DNA of 62,019 nucleotides, counting the filler, from a candidate division TA06 bacterium SM23_40 (GTDB taxonomy: Bacteria; LJUI01; SM1-40), in assembly GCA_001303705.1 (NCBI GenBank). It is 3 parts of 3 records of this genome, joined end to end, with 100 filler letters (N's around TTAATTAATTAA, not from the genome) between each part and the next. Parts side by side here need not be neighbours in the genome. Positions count along the whole stretch, not along the records: positions 18,851 to 44,816 come from LJUI01000044.1; 2 more parts are not named here. One strand, given 5' to 3'. Both the position numbers and the translations under genes were made by a program. Positions 21,894 to 32,958 of the stretch are shown in pieces; position 1 is the first letter of the stretch, and each line of letters starts with the position of its first letter. The notes under the pieces were generated by a model, which was given only the letters and a program-made list of their open reading frames with translations, made no database searches and was not told where the DNA came from.

Positions 21894-22876
21894 TGGGGCC
21901 TCCCCATCATCATCGGCCTCCGGGGCCGGTCGTCGGGCACGGCGTTGCTCTCGAGTTCGCCTACGATCACCCGTTCGCCTTCTCTCAGTCCGCTCATGAT
22001 CTCGATGACCTTCCCGTCGGTGATCCCAGTCTCTATCGGACGCGGCTCAGGGCCTTCTCCCAGCACCAGCGCAAGCTCTCTGCCTCCTCTTACCCGTACT
22101 GCACCTCTTGGAGCGATGAGTATGTCGTCTTTCGCCTCGATGGCGAACTGAACGCTCGCTGTCATTCCTGATGACCAGTGAGGCGGCACGTGCACAGGTT
22201 CCACCATGACATCATAGACTACGACGTTGGAGACTACCCTGCCCTCTCGAGAGATCTTGGCAACTCTTCCCTCCACCTGTTCGTCTGGAAAGGCGTCGAG
22301 CACAACGCGGGCGGCCTGTCCCTCCTCGATCTTGCCTATGTCAGCCTCATCCACTTCTACCCCTGCGACTAACCTGTCAGAGATCACGAAGAGGACGGTC
22401 TGCATAGAGACGTTCTGCCCGGGTTCGCACGACCGAGTTATCACCTCGCCCGAGATCGAATTGGTGAGGGGTACCGGTTTGTACGCTCTGGCTGCGACAT
22501 CATACGCCGCTTTGGCCTCTTCCAGCATCTCTGCGTTCCGGTTCGTCTCCGCTTCTTCGATCCCGGAGCGTGCCGCGTCGAGAAGGGCAACCCTGTCCTC
22601 ACTCGAAATCCATGCCAGGATATCGCCCTGCCTGATCATGTCTCCCTCATCGACCTCTACCCTGTCCACTCTCCCGCTGACCGGCGAGTTCACCTCTACT
22701 CTGGTGTACGGCTGGATCGTCCCCGTCGAGAGCACTCGAATCTCTATCCTACCACGCTCGACCTGTGCGGTCTGGTACGCAGGCTGGTTCCCAGCGTCTC
22801 TCTTCCGCAGAAGAAGAAATCCGGTCACGGCAAGCGCAGCAATCACGATCACAATCCATGACAGCTTCTTCATCAA
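21890..22876 (-). CDS. macA: MacA-family periplasmic adaptor
   Basis: N-terminal TM; VSGRV..V.V.EGD, EVDEADIGKI, SGMTA, GLREGERV. Confidence 0.85.
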   Translation of the reverse strand: MMKKLSWIVIVIAALAVTGFLLLRKRDAGNQPAYQTAQVERGRIEIRVLSTGTIQPYTRVEVNSPVSGRVDRVEVDEGDMIRQGDILAWISSEDRVALLDAARSGIEEAETNRNAEMLEEAKAAYDVAARAYKPVPLTNSISGEVITRSCEPGQNVSMQTVLFVISDRLVAGVEVDEADIGKIEEGQAARVVLDAFPDEQVEGRVAKISREGRVVSNVVVYDVMVEPVHVPPHWSSGMTASVQFAIEAKDDILIAPRGAVRVRGGRELALVLGEGPEPRPIETGITDGKVIEIMSGLREGERVIVGELESNAVPDDRPRRPMMMGRPH

Positions 22877-24123
22877 CTCCTCCGTCCTACCGCCCTCTCC
22901 AGACTGGCGCGGGCCACACGCAAGTTGAAGAGAGCATTAGCATGGTCAAGTTCCGCCCGAGTGAGGGCCGACTCTTTCTGTTGCAGAAACAGATACGAGG
23001 TGCGCCCCTGCTCATACTGGAGCTTCGTCAGTCGGTACATCTCGCCGACCGCGTCAAGCGACTTCTCGCTCACATCGAGGTTCACCACTGCCAGTTTCCA
23101 GCTCGAGTACGCCTGTTCGATCTCTTCCTCTATGCTATCCTCCAGTTCGCTCAGCCTCAGATCCTCTTCTCTCAGCGCAAGTGTCGCCTCAGTCACCTTT
23201 GCCTTTCTCGAGAAACCCTCAAAGACGGAGAATGAGACGTCGATGCCTGCGCTCCACCCTCCTTCCTGTTCCAAGGGTGCATCGCCCTGCCAACCGTACG
23301 AACTAGATAAGGAGATCGTCGGCCAGTAGTCGCTCTTTGCTTGAGTAAGCCGGGCCTCTACTGCTTCCCTGTAAAGTCTTTCGAACTCCAGTTCAGCTCT
23401 CTCGCTCTTTCCCTCTTCGACCAAGCTGTCAACCGCAGACAGTTCCATGGGTTCATCCTGATACCACACACTTATATCTTCTCCCCGCGGTCTACCCAGC
23501 AGCAGATTGAGTTCCACTTTCGCGAGCAAGAGCTCCTCTTCCGCTTTCATTCTATCATATTCCGCCTGGAGAAGGTTCGCCTCCGCCTCCTGTACGGCCG
23601 GCGAGCTTTCTCTGCCGGCAGCATACTTGAGTTTGATGATGACGAGATCATCTTCACGTCTCTTAAGAATGTTATCTATGAGTGCTATCTGATCCCGTTT
23701 CTGTAGAATTCTGAAGAACGCCTCCTTGACCGCAAACGCCACGTCGCTCTCCGTAAGATAATAGTCTACTTCTGCCATTTCCACCTCGGCCTCCGCAATC
23801 CTCGTGCTCGCGCCGACGTATCCACCCAGGTATATCGGATAACGCACGCTGAGGTTGGTCGAATACCGTCCTTCCCTCCCCCCAGCAAGTCCTTCGTTAT
23901 TTCTGTACCCACTGCTGAGGTTGATGCTCGGGTAATAGAGCGAGTGTGCATCGGTGAGGCCGGCCCGTTCTTTCTCTATGGCCGTCGCCGCCTGGGCAAG
24001 TTTCAGGTTATTCTCCTTCGCCAGGGAAATGCAGTCGTCCAGGGACAGCAGGTCGGCGGCGAAGGAGCTATTACTCATGATTGCCAGACTGAGGGGCAGT
24101 AGAAGAAGTGGTCGTAGGTTCAT
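22873..24123 (-). CDS. TolC-family outer-membrane efflux protein
   Basis: Signal peptide; two OEP repeats (YYPSINLS, YWPTISLS); upstream of macA/macB. Confidence 0.88.
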   Translation of the reverse strand: MNLRPLLLLPLSLAIMSNSSFAADLLSLDDCISLAKENNLKLAQAATAIEKERAGLTDAHSLYYPSINLSSGYRNNEGLAGGREGRYSTNLSVRYPIYLGGYVGASTRIAEAEVEMAEVDYYLTESDVAFAVKEAFFRILQKRDQIALIDNILKRREDDLVIIKLKYAAGRESSPAVQEAEANLLQAEYDRMKAEEELLLAKVELNLLLGRPRGEDISVWYQDEPMELSAVDSLVEEGKSERAELEFERLYREAVEARLTQAKSDYWPTISLSSSYGWQGDAPLEQEGGWSAGIDVSFSVFEGFSRKAKVTEATLALREEDLRLSELEDSIEEEIEQAYSSWKLAVVNLDVSEKSLDAVGEMYRLTKLQYEQGRTSYLFLQQKESALTRAELDHANALFNLRVARASLERAVGRRS

Positions 24124-24617
24124 GGACCTCTCCGTTGTTGTTCCTCGCCAGTGAGATGATACGCTTCAGAGCTTATCATTAATGAAGTACTTCTTCAGTC
24201 GCAGCGCGGCATTCGCGCCCCGCGTCAGTGGGCCATGGCGGATATGCTCCGACGCGGCGTCTCGGTGCAACTCTTTCGGTGCTACTTTCGAAGGGCGCAC
24301 CGGCCGGCCAGAAGTCGGAAGCGCCGCCGCGGCACCAGTCCTCCTCAGGCGGAGGCCAATATAATCTACCATGACCGGCAGGCCGGCACAAACGATTGTC
24401 AGTGGGCCGTCCCCCTGTGGCACCGGGCAGGCCCACACTGGCACTCGAGCTCGACTTCGGGCGGGATCTCCGCCGCGTGACCTCCGGCCGGTCTCTATAG
24501 CTGCAGAACACCAATATCGCTCCAAACTTGCGCTGCTTCCGGCCTCGGCACGGGGACGGACCCGAACAGGTTTACCGGGCCGGCCCGCGCCCCAGAGCGA
24601 AACTCCGGCTTTTTTCC

Positions 24618-24647
24618 TTGATTTTGTGCCCAAAGCTAGTGTATCAT
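24618..24647 (+). promoter_or_regulatory. Putative sigma70 promoter
   Basis: TTGATT-N18-TATCAT, ~65 bp before GTG 24714. Confidence 0.4.
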
Positions 24648-24713
24648 AGGGCATGTCGAGCCGGGCAGTCCATCGAAATGCGATTCTGTAGGTACGAGCC
24701 TCAGGAGGAGACA

Positions 24714-26075
24714 GTGATCCTATTTCTTTCCTTCTTAATAGAGATCCTGGTCCTCACCGGCCTTCCGCCGGCCCAGGATGCCGCGTTTGCCGGTCCGCTG
24801 CTGAGCGCCGACCCCCTGACAATGGCTCACACCCCAACTTCAGACCAAAGCGACAACTGCCGCATGTGGGGCCTGATATCGGACAGTGTCCCGGACAGCA
24901 TCATCATCAACCATCTCATCAATGACACCAACTCCCTCAAGAACCTCTCCCAGGAAAACCATGTGGACGGATGGGGAATCGCCTACTATCAAGAGTACGG
25001 CGATTCGGTCGTATTCGCCAGGGGCATGGAGAGGGCGTACACGGATAGTACCTACGACAGCCTCGTCGTGTCCATGGAGGAGAATAAGCCGCAGATCGCG
25101 CTCGCTCACGTGAGACTCTGCTCGAGCGGGTGCTGCGAGCACGGTATGGAGACGATCGATGACCCGCATCCGTTCATTCGGCACAAGAATGGCCGTGATT
25201 GGTCGTTCGAACACAACGGCCTCGTCTCCGTCGAACGGCTCAAAGAAGTGATAGGAGAGGAGTATCTCCTCAACAATCCTCCGGACTGTTCAGGAGTGTG
25301 CCCGCCTCCGGAAAACCAGAACTGCGATAGCGAATACCTGTTCCTGCTCCTGCTGAAGCATATCGAGGAGAATAACTGGAATACTCTGGACGGGATTGTG
25401 GAAGCGATCGATACACTCATCGCTGCCGGTGAAACGGGATATATGAATTTCGTGATGAGCGACGGGGAAAACCTCTGGGCGTTTCGCAAAGGGGGCCCCA
25501 TCCATACGTTGTACTATCAGTACAATCCGGAAGAGCACTGGACAGTCGCTGTTTCTCACTATACCGGCGCTGCACAGGAAGAGTGGGTATGGGTCTGGAA
25601 CGGCCAGCTGCTCGTCCTCCACAGCAACCAGGAACCGGAGATCATCATGATCGGCGGCGCAGAGGTCATCCTCGATGACGCTGATCCGGGGTTTGTCACC
25701 ATCTCCGGGAAGTGGCTCCACGGATATCATCCCAACGCCTGCTACGGCCACGCCAGGTACAATGGGCCCGGGACAGGACGGGAACGGGCGGGCTGGCGGA
25801 TGGATGGTATCGTCCCGCCCGGTGTATACGAGGTCTGGGTGTGGAAATTCGAACACGATTACATGCATCTCATGGCGACCGACGCCCGGTTCAAGGTCGT
25901 CCACAGAGATGGGATCTCCGAGTGGATCCTGGTCGACCAGTCTCAACCAGGGCATGAGTGGATATACCTCGGCACCTATGCATTCGATGACAGCCATATC
26001 CAGGGCGTCTTGCTGACCGATAATCCCGGCGGCCACGTGATCGCCGATGCGATAAAGGTCGTATACGTAGAGTGA
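24714..26075 (+). CDS. Secreted class II glutamine-amidotransferase-like (EgtC/Dug3-type Ntn) hydrolase with golvesin/Xly-CBD-like C-terminal domain
   Basis: AGGAGG before GTG; hydrophobic leader; [29 protein letters not shown]-terminal DD.DPGF..SG.W...VIADAIK. Confidence 0.75.
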   Translation: MILFLSFLIEILVLTGLPPAQDAAFAGPLLSADPLTMAHTPTSDQSDNCRMWGLISDSVPDSIIINHLINDTNSLKNLSQENHVDGWGIAYYQEYGDSVVFARGMERAYTDSTYDSLVVSMEENKPQIALAHVRLCSSGCCEHGMETIDDPHPFIRHKNGRDWSFEHNGLVSVERLKEVIGEEYLLNNPPDCSGVCPPPENQNCDSEYLFLLLLKHIEENNWNTLDGIVEAIDTLIAAGETGYMNFVMSDGENLWAFRKGGPIHTLYYQYNPEEHWTVAVSHYTGAAQEEWVWVWNGQLLVLHSNQEPEIIMIGGAEVILDDADPGFVTISGKWLHGYHPNACYGHARYNGPGTGRERAGWRMDGIVPPGVYEVWVWKFEHDYMHLMATDARFKVVHRDGISEWILVDQSQPGHEWIYLGTYAFDDSHIQGVLLTDNPGGHVIADAIKVVYVE

Positions 26076-26145
26076 GGAAGGCAGAAATACCCCGCAGAGC
26101 GGTTATTGTGGGGAGAAAGAACAGCTCCAGAGAAAGGAGAGAGAA

Positions 26146-28794
26146 GTGATGTCGAGGGATGGGATGGTAGCAGGTATTCTCATCGGCACACTCGTTGTGC
26201 TGATGGCAGGTCTTTGTGGAAGTGCGGGCGGCACCAGCAGCGCCGTCGGCGAGCCTGAGCAGGGTTTCGAGCCGCCGGGCCCCATAAAGGACCCGCCGGC
26301 CTACTTCGACCTGCGCGATGTCGGAGGCGAGAACTACGTCACCTCGGTCAAGACCCAGCAGGGAGGTACCTGCTGGACTCACGGCGTGATGGGCGCGATT
26401 GAGGGAAATCTTCTCATGACCGGAGCCTGGGAGGCGGCCGGGGAGGAGGGCGAACCCAATCTGGCGGAGTATCACCTCGACTGGTGGAACGGGTTCAACA
26501 CGTTCAACAACGACGACGACCCGGGCGGCGGCGGTCTCGAAGTCCACATGGGGGGCGACTACCTGGTCTCTTCGGCATATCTCACGCGGAGTGAGGGCGC
26601 GGTGCGGGAGATCGACGGTCAATCCTATGCCACGCCTCCGGACAGGTGGCTTCCGAGCTTTCACTACTACTACGTGCGGGATATCGAGTGGTTCGTCGCC
26701 GGGCCGGATCTGAGCAACATCGACACGATCAAGAACAAAATCATGGCTGAGGGTGTCTTGGGGACATCGATGTGTTATGACAACGCGTTCATGTCCAATT
26801 ACATACACTATCAGCCGCCGAGCAGCACCCTCGATCCCAACCATGCGATCGCCATTGTGGGATGGGATGACACGAAGGTGACGCAGGCGCCATATCCTGG
26901 TGCGTGGATCTGCAAGAACAGCTGGGGCATTGACTGGGGTCTGGATGGATATTTCTGGATCTCGTACTACGACAAGTACTGTTGTCAGCACCCCGAGATG
27001 GGCGCGATCTCTTTCCAGAACGTCGAGCCCCTCGGATACGACCGGATCTACTACCACGACTACCATGGATGGCGCGACACGTTGGAGGATTACACGGAAG
27101 CATTCAATGCGTTCGTCGCCGAGGGAGACGAACTGCTGAACGGGGTCAGTTTCTATGTCGCGGCGGACAGTGTCGACTACACGGTCAAGGTCTATGACCG
27201 GTACGAGAGCGGCGAACTCCTCGATGAACTCGCCTCGAAGTCCGGCACGACCGGCTACACGGGATTCCACACGATAGACCTCGATACGACAGTCCCGCTC
27301 ACAGAAGGGGATGACTTCTACATCTACCTGCAACTCTCGGCCGGCGGACATCCCTATGACCGCACGAGTGATGTCCCCGTCCTGCTCGGTGCGAAGTATC
27401 GAGTGATTGTGGAGTCGGCATCCGAGCCCGGCCAGAGCTACTACCGTGACGGATCGCACTGGCTCGATCTCTATGACCTCAACGATACGGCAAACTTCTG
27501 CATCAAGGGCCTGGTCGCGCCTCCTCTTCGATTCCGCTACCCGGACGGCCTGCCCGAGTACGTGGAACCGGGGAATCCCGTTACGATCACCGTGCAGATC
27601 GAAGAGGTTGCCGATACGTATGTATCGGGGACGGGACTGATCCACTATCGCTACGATGCTGGCGAGTTCCTCACCTCATACCTGGTGCACCAGGGCGGCG
27701 ACCTGTACGAGGCGACCCTGCCGGCGCCGAGCTGCACGGATACGCCGGAGTTCTACTTCAGCGCCGCGGCCGCGATCGCCGGAGTGGTGTACGACCCGCC
27801 TGATGCCCCGACAACGACCTACGCCGCGCTTGTCGGCTGGCTCGCCCGGGTCTTCCACGATAACTTCGAGGAGGATCTCGGCTGGACTGTGGAGAACGAT
27901 CCCTACCTCACCGATGGTGCGTGGGAGCGCGGCGTGCCCGCAGGCGGTGGCGAGCGCGGAGATCCGCCGACCGACTACGATGGTTCGGGCAAGTGCTATC
28001 TCACCGACAATCAGTATGGCAACTCCGATGTCGACGGTGGGATCACATGGCTGATCTCGCCGACGCTCGACCTGAGCATGGGGCTCGATGCCGAGATCGA
28101 ATACGCTCTCTGGTATACGAACTACTTCGGATCTGCTCCCAACGCCGACTACTTCAAGGTCTATGTCTCGAACAACAACGGTGCCGAGTGGATACTGGCC
28201 GACACCTTCGGGCCGCACACGTTCCCCGGCTGGTATGTCCACAGCTTCATGGTCGGTGATTTCGTGACGCCGACCGATCAGGTGAAGGTGCGATTCGAGG
28301 CGTCAGATCTTGCTGAACCGTCTGTGGTCGAAGCGGGTATCGATGCATTCTCCGCCTCCGTCCACATGTGCGATGCGTTCATCGTCGACAACGCCGAGCC
28401 CGAGTTCCTCGTTCTCGCGGGGAACTGGAATACCGGAACCCACGCCAATGCGCATGAGGGCAATGCCCGGTTCACCGGGCCGGGTACGGGAAGCAAGCGA
28501 GCCGGCTGGAGGGTCGATACCGCCGTCGTTCCCGGCGTATATGATGTGTACGTCTGGAAGTTCGAGCACCAGTATCTCAATCAGATGGCGACGAATGCCC
28601 ACTACAAGGTCCGCGACAGAAACGGCGTATCCGGCTGGATCCTGATCGACCAGTCTACTCCGGGCAATGAGTGGGTCTATCTCGGAACGTTCGAGTTCGA
28701 TAACAGCAGCTCTCAGGGGATCCTGATCACCGACAATGCGAACGGCCACGTGATCGCTGACGCGGTGAAGTTGTCGTATGTAGAGCCATACTGA
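26146..28794 (+). CDS. Secreted C1A (papain-family) cysteine protease with lectin-like, beta-sandwich and golvesin-like domains
   Basis: [33 protein letters not shown] end of lectin-like domain; C-terminus similar to that of upstream gene. Confidence 0.88.
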   Translation: MMSRDGMVAGILIGTLVVLMAGLCGSAGGTSSAVGEPEQGFEPPGPIKDPPAYFDLRDVGGENYVTSVKTQQGGTCWTHGVMGAIEGNLLMTGAWEAAGEEGEPNLAEYHLDWWNGFNTFNNDDDPGGGGLEVHMGGDYLVSSAYLTRSEGAVREIDGQSYATPPDRWLPSFHYYYVRDIEWFVAGPDLSNIDTIKNKIMAEGVLGTSMCYDNAFMSNYIHYQPPSSTLDPNHAIAIVGWDDTKVTQAPYPGAWICKNSWGIDWGLDGYFWISYYDKYCCQHPEMGAISFQNVEPLGYDRIYYHDYHGWRDTLEDYTEAFNAFVAEGDELLNGVSFYVAADSVDYTVKVYDRYESGELLDELASKSGTTGYTGFHTIDLDTTVPLTEGDDFYIYLQLSAGGHPYDRTSDVPVLLGAKYRVIVESASEPGQSYYRDGSHWLDLYDLNDTANFCIKGLVAPPLRFRYPDGLPEYVEPGNPVTITVQIEEVADTYVSGTGLIHYRYDAGEFLTSYLVHQGGDLYEATLPAPSCTDTPEFYFSAAAAIAGVVYDPPDAPTTTYAALVGWLARVFHDNFEEDLGWTVENDPYLTDGAWERGVPAGGGERGDPPTDYDGSGKCYLTDNQYGNSDVDGGITWLISPTLDLSMGLDAEIEYALWYTNYFGSAPNADYFKVYVSNNNGAEWILADTFGPHTFPGWYVHSFMVGDFVTPTDQVKVRFEASDLAEPSVVEAGIDAFSASVHMCDAFIVDNAEPEFLVLAGNWNTGTHANAHEGNARFTGPGTGSKRAGWRVDTAVVPGVYDVYVWKFEHQYLNQMATNAHYKVRDRNGVSGWILIDQSTPGNEWVYLGTFEFDNSSSQGILITDNANGHVIADAVKLSYVEPY

Positions 28795-28907
28795 TCGAAG
28801 GGTCTGACTGACGAACAACCAGACTGATAGTAATTGTGCATCTCGCTCCTCGCGCTGGCGGTAAACGCGCGGCGAGTATAGGCGCCGAGGCACATCGTAC
28901 AATCAAC

Positions 28908-28953
28908 GAACTCCCGCCCCTGAGTATCGTAGCTCGGGCGGGAGTTCCTGTTT
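28908..28953 (+). terminator. GC-rich hairpin, probable terminator between convergent genes
   Basis: GAACTCCCGCCC...GGGCGGGAGTTC then CTGTTT. Confidence 0.55.
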
Positions 28954-28962
28954 GGTCAGTTC

Positions 28963-29155
28963 TCGTCTGCGCAGCCCTCGTCGGCGCGGCTCGTCTGGGC
29001 GGCCCCGGTCTGAACAGTCCTCGCTCGGGCCGCACTCGTTCGGGCGGTCCTCGTCCCCTCAGCTGTCGTCTACGCGGATCTCGTCTGCGCGGCTTTCGTC
29101 CGCCCAGCCCTCGTCTGGGCGGCTCTCATCTGCGCTGCTCCGGTCATCGCTCCCA
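28963..29155. repeat. Degenerate 15-bp tandem array, ~13 units
   Basis: TCGTCTGCGCAGCCC, TCGTCTGGGCGGCCC, TCGTCTACGCGGATC, TCGTCTGCGCGGCTT, TCGTCCGCCCAGCCC, TCGTCTGGGCGGCTC; one 13-bp unit. Confidence 0.85.
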
Positions 29156-29163
29156 TCCGACGC

Positions 29164-32100
29164 TCACTCCGTGCTCAATCTTCTGTACCAATAGACCGAG
29201 AGCGCAATCGTCAGGAGAATCGCCAGAATCGCCCCTGGAATGGCCGCGGGATGGGCGTTCACGATACCCTGTCTCAGCATACCGAGGATGGCGACGGACG
29301 CCATCGCCAGCGGGACGAGTGCCAGCTGGAACCGAAAAATCAATACGTAAAGAAAGAGGAGCACGACTCCGCTTACGATCCCCGAAACCAGCCAGAAGGG
29401 TACGCTATCTGCAGAACGGCCGGCCATGACGAGGGCCGCGAAGATGAGCACAATGGCGAACGGTATTCTTCTTCTCGACCATCCCTCTGTGGAACGATCC
29501 ACGACAGTGAATATCAGCAGAAAGAAGACGGTAACCAGAACGAACTGTCCGAGCGGCTCAATGGCTGAGCCAATGATCGGGATGTAGCTCCCCAACGCGC
29601 CATACTCCGCCCAGAACGGCTCCAGCGATGGCTCGAATCTCATGACCAGAGCCTGTATGCCGGCGATCAGAGCTCCCACCGAGAAGCCCAGCCACAGGCC
29701 GCCAGGCCCGCGCACAGGACTCCCCTCCCTCTTCCACTTCTGGATGAACCCGAGAACGAGCGCGAGACCACCGGCAAGCAGCAGCGCCATCACCACAAAG
29801 AAGGCCAGCGCGGTGAAGGCCTGGTTCGACAGGGGCTGTGCCGTGGAAAACTGAGCCACGGTAGAAGGCCAATCGTTGATGAATCCAAATGCCGCCACAA
29901 CGAAGAAGAGCACCGAGAACGTGACGAAGTCACCAACGGAGAAGGTCCGACGACTCCATCCAACGATCGCACTCCCCACTCCGGCTGCAATCACCACGAT
30001 CATCAGTGTGGTACAGAGCGTCTGGACGACGAGGCGAGTTACATTCCTCTGGTTACGCTCCTGTCGGGCCCATTCCTCCGGAACGTGGACATATCGATAG
30101 GAGTCGACCACCTCGGATCCGGCGATCTCCACCGCAAGCCGCGCCTCACCCTCCTCCAACAGATAGCTGAGGGTATCTGCGAACGTGAACAGCCAATCTG
30201 TACGCGCAGGAAGCTTGGATGGAACTGACGAAACCTCTTTGAGCATTCCTGCATCAAGCCCGTAGGTCTCGGCAAGGACCGCGTGAGCCATCCCCCGCGC
30301 TTCGTCCTCAGGCAGAGTCGCTCCTGCCCTCGCCTCGGGCAGCTGATGGCGGAATCTCGTCACCTCCCCTTCTCCCACAATGAAGACCCGGTACTCCTCA
30401 GCCCGCTCTTCCACGTCTCCCTCGAAGCGCACATACCGAACCCTCCACCGGGGCGGGGTGAGGTAGCTCCCCATCAGAGCGGCATAGTCTTCTCTCCCGC
30501 CGGTCTGCCAGACAAAGCGATCCTCCTGATCTGGTTGAGCCTGGACGTGGCTGAGTGCCTGCCACGATTCTGCCAGTTCAATGCCACGCCCGGCGAGCGT
30601 CTCTCGAGCCAGTTCCTTTGCGCCGGAACGACCCACGGTCAGGGAGGGCGCGTAGTTCTGGAAGTCTGAGGCGAAGAACCAGATGACGAGGCCCACCGCT
30701 CCCCCCACCAGCAGCAGGCGGATCGCCCGCGGGCTGAGGGCAGGCAGTTCAACGGGTTTCGCCTCCACCGGCACAGGCTCCTCTCTCGCCGGCGGCTGCC
30801 AAGATCGGTTATAGTCCTCTTCCTTGAGCCGACTCCACTCTCCCCTCCTGAGCCGTGCGCCGATGATCACCCACAGAGGAACGAGCGTCAGGATCACCAC
30901 CAACGCCTTGTCGATCCAAACACCCGGGGCCGAGGAGACGAAGAGCGGCAGTCCGATATACCCGACGTCGATCACGAAATGCGAGATGATCGCCGGGACA
31001 AGGCCGAAGTACAGGTATATCGCGCCGAAGGCCAACGACGGGATGATCAGCTCAACCACGCGTGCATAGGCGGGTTGCTGCGGATAGTTGGCATGGCCCG
31101 TCCCGAAGATGAGGGCCTGAACGATGAATGCTCCGATGATCCAGGCCCGGCGATGGCCGAGCCGCTGTCCGATGAGCGCTGCCCCTGCGATTGGAATCGC
31201 GCGGAACAAGCACTCCTCCAGAAAGCCGGCCCGGAGTGAAATTGCGACGGATGTGAGCCAGGGGAAATGTGTGGCGAGCACATCGGGCTCGAACAAAGTA
31301 GCAGATGGCGTCCACCATCCGAGCGCTCTATTGGCGAAGGCGTACAGCGCGACATCAAACGCACCGAACAACGCTACCATCAGAAGGCCGCCGGTCGTTT
31401 GCCCGAGCACAGTGGGGGAATTCGCCACGCCCGGTGACCACGATCGCCAGAGCCGGACGTGGTGCGGGAATGCCTTGCGGGAGAGCGACTCGGCGGCCAT
31501 GAACACCACCGTGAGCAGGGCAGCAAACCCGATGAAGTTGATGAGCAGCCGCGCGATCCTCTGCAGCCAGAACCCCTGTGAAGAGAGTGCGGTATCGTAG
31601 TTCATCCAGGCCAGCGGCCAGTAGTTGATGACGACGAGAACGTGGAGAAAGGCAATGAATAGGCCCCAGAGAAGCGGCTGGCGCCAGACGACCCAGCGCC
31701 CCCGGAGCAACAGCAGGAGTCCGATGACACAACCGCCGAGCACGTAGAGAATGGCCGTCGCAAGGAGGGAGACAGCTGAAATCGTATTGTTGGCGGAGCG
31801 CATCTCCTCGTACCGGCGCGAAAACGCCTCCGGGATCTTGACGAAGTGAGTGAGCTCCGTGAGTCGATCGCCACCGACCACGAGGCGAAGGCGGTACCGA
31901 CCCTCCCCGATCTGCACATCAGATCGTTCGTATACGAATGTGTGGTCGATCCGTCCCCCGGGCCGGACCTCCTGAGACTCCTCCACCATCTCATACGCCG
32001 CCAGATCGATCTGCCACCACTCGCGAGCTGTCATCTCTGCGACCGCGCGTGCCGAATCGCCGGGGAGAGTTGCCCCGGGTTCATCTTCCGGCAGCGTCTC

Positions 32101-32487
32101 GACAAATCCATAGGGCTCGCCGTTCGGCGTGAACCGGACGAGCGTCTCGTTCGTCTCCCCCTCCTTGAAGAGGCGGACACGCCACGTGTACGGGACGTAC
32201 AGCCCTTCGGCTATCAGCTGCCTGAAGGCATCAGTACCGCCGGCCTCGAGCTCCACGAAGTTCTGCACTCGACTATCGAGCTGGAATGAGGCAGCCTGCC
32301 GGAACCCTTCCGGTCCCCACCCATGCTGGCGAGCCAGCTCTCCTGAGGACTCGAGTGCCATCTCGCGGTTCATGTCGAGATCGAGCGTCACGATGGGGTA
32401 CGCCACTGCGAAGTACCGGACGGCGAAGATGACACTCCCGATAGCGAGCAGCACAAACACGACCCAGACGACCGGTTTTCTGAACAT
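29164..32487 (-). CDS. Large membrane protein with central CPBP (Abi/CAAX) intramembrane protease domain
   Basis: EECLFR, FGTGH, HFVID motifs; AAGGAG before ATG 32487; internally duplicated soluble domains. Confidence 0.8.
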   Translation of the reverse strand: MFRKPVVWVVFVLLAIGSVIFAVRYFAVAYPIVTLDLDMNREMALESSGELARQHGWGPEGFRQAASFQLDSRVQNFVELEAGGTDAFRQLIAEGLYVPYTWRVRLFKEGETNETLVRFTPNGEPYGFVETLPEDEPGATLPGDSARAVAEMTAREWWQIDLAAYEMVEESQEVRPGGRIDHTFVYERSDVQIGEGRYRLRLVVGGDRLTELTHFVKIPEAFSRRYEEMRSANNTISAVSLLATAILYVLGGCVIGLLLLLRGRWVVWRQPLLWGLFIAFLHVLVVINYWPLAWMNYDTALSSQGFWLQRIARLLINFIGFAALLTVVFMAAESLSRKAFPHHVRLWRSWSPGVANSPTVLGQTTGGLLMVALFGAFDVALYAFANRALGWWTPSATLFEPDVLATHFPWLTSVAISLRAGFLEECLFRAIPIAGAALIGQRLGHRRAWIIGAFIVQALIFGTGHANYPQQPAYARVVELIIPSLAFGAIYLYFGLVPAIISHFVIDVGYIGLPLFVSSAPGVWIDKALVVILTLVPLWVIIGARLRRGEWSRLKEEDYNRSWQPPAREEPVPVEAKPVELPALSPRAIRLLLVGGAVGLVIWFFASDFQNYAPSLTVGRSGAKELARETLAGRGIELAESWQALSHVQAQPDQEDRFVWQTGGREDYAALMGSYLTPPRWRVRYVRFEGDVEERAEEYRVFIVGEGEVTRFRHQLPEARAGATLPEDEARGMAHAVLAETYGLDAGMLKEVSSVPSKLPARTDWLFTFADTLSYLLEEGEARLAVEIAGSEVVDSYRYVHVPEEWARQERNQRNVTRLVVQTLCTTLMIVVIAAGVGSAIVGWSRRTFSVGDFVTFSVLFFVVAAFGFINDWPSTVAQFSTAQPLSNQAFTALAFFVVMALLLAGGLALVLGFIQKWKREGSPVRGPGGLWLGFSVGALIAGIQALVMRFEPSLEPFWAEYGALGSYIPIIGSAIEPLGQFVLVTVFFLLIFTVVDRSTEGWSRRRIPFAIVLIFAALVMAGRSADSVPFWLVSGIVSGVVLLFLYVLIFRFQLALVPLAMASVAILGMLRQGIVNAHPAAIPGAILAILLTIALSVYWYRRLSTE

Positions 32488-32958
32488 ACCGCAGCTCCTT
32501 TTTCGCGTAGGCACAGATCTGCTGCAGCAAGCACCGAGAAGATCGATCGATTTGCCACCGTGATCAGGTATCGATCGGTAGCAGGAAATGACCTGGTCAG
32601 TACAAGACATCTCTGCCCCTTTGTCAACAGTCTTTCTCCCAACACCCGGGTCCATCAGCAACACTGGAAGATCGTTACAAGATGGGATTTCTTTCGACAG
32701 GGGAAGACAGACTATGATCGAAGCGGTCAACGCGGTTTCCAGCGAGGACAGGGACGCCAGAAATGGCGGCGACCCGGGTCGCGTTGCCGCCCGGGTCGCT
32801 CATGTGGCGCTATATCACTTTCCCGGCCATCGTTGCTACGGCAAAACTGGCTACAGTGCCTGTATCATTCCTCGAGCTTCTTCGCTACGATACCGTCACT
32901 GCCCGAACCGTCCGCACATCTGGCCGCCTGCTCTGCTCAGTAACCGAAAAGCACTACC

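Noticed and set aside
32811-32900. Imperfect ~50-bp direct repeat and nearby GCGACCCGGG inverted repeat
   Set aside because: Two weak copies only; not enough to call an array or element.
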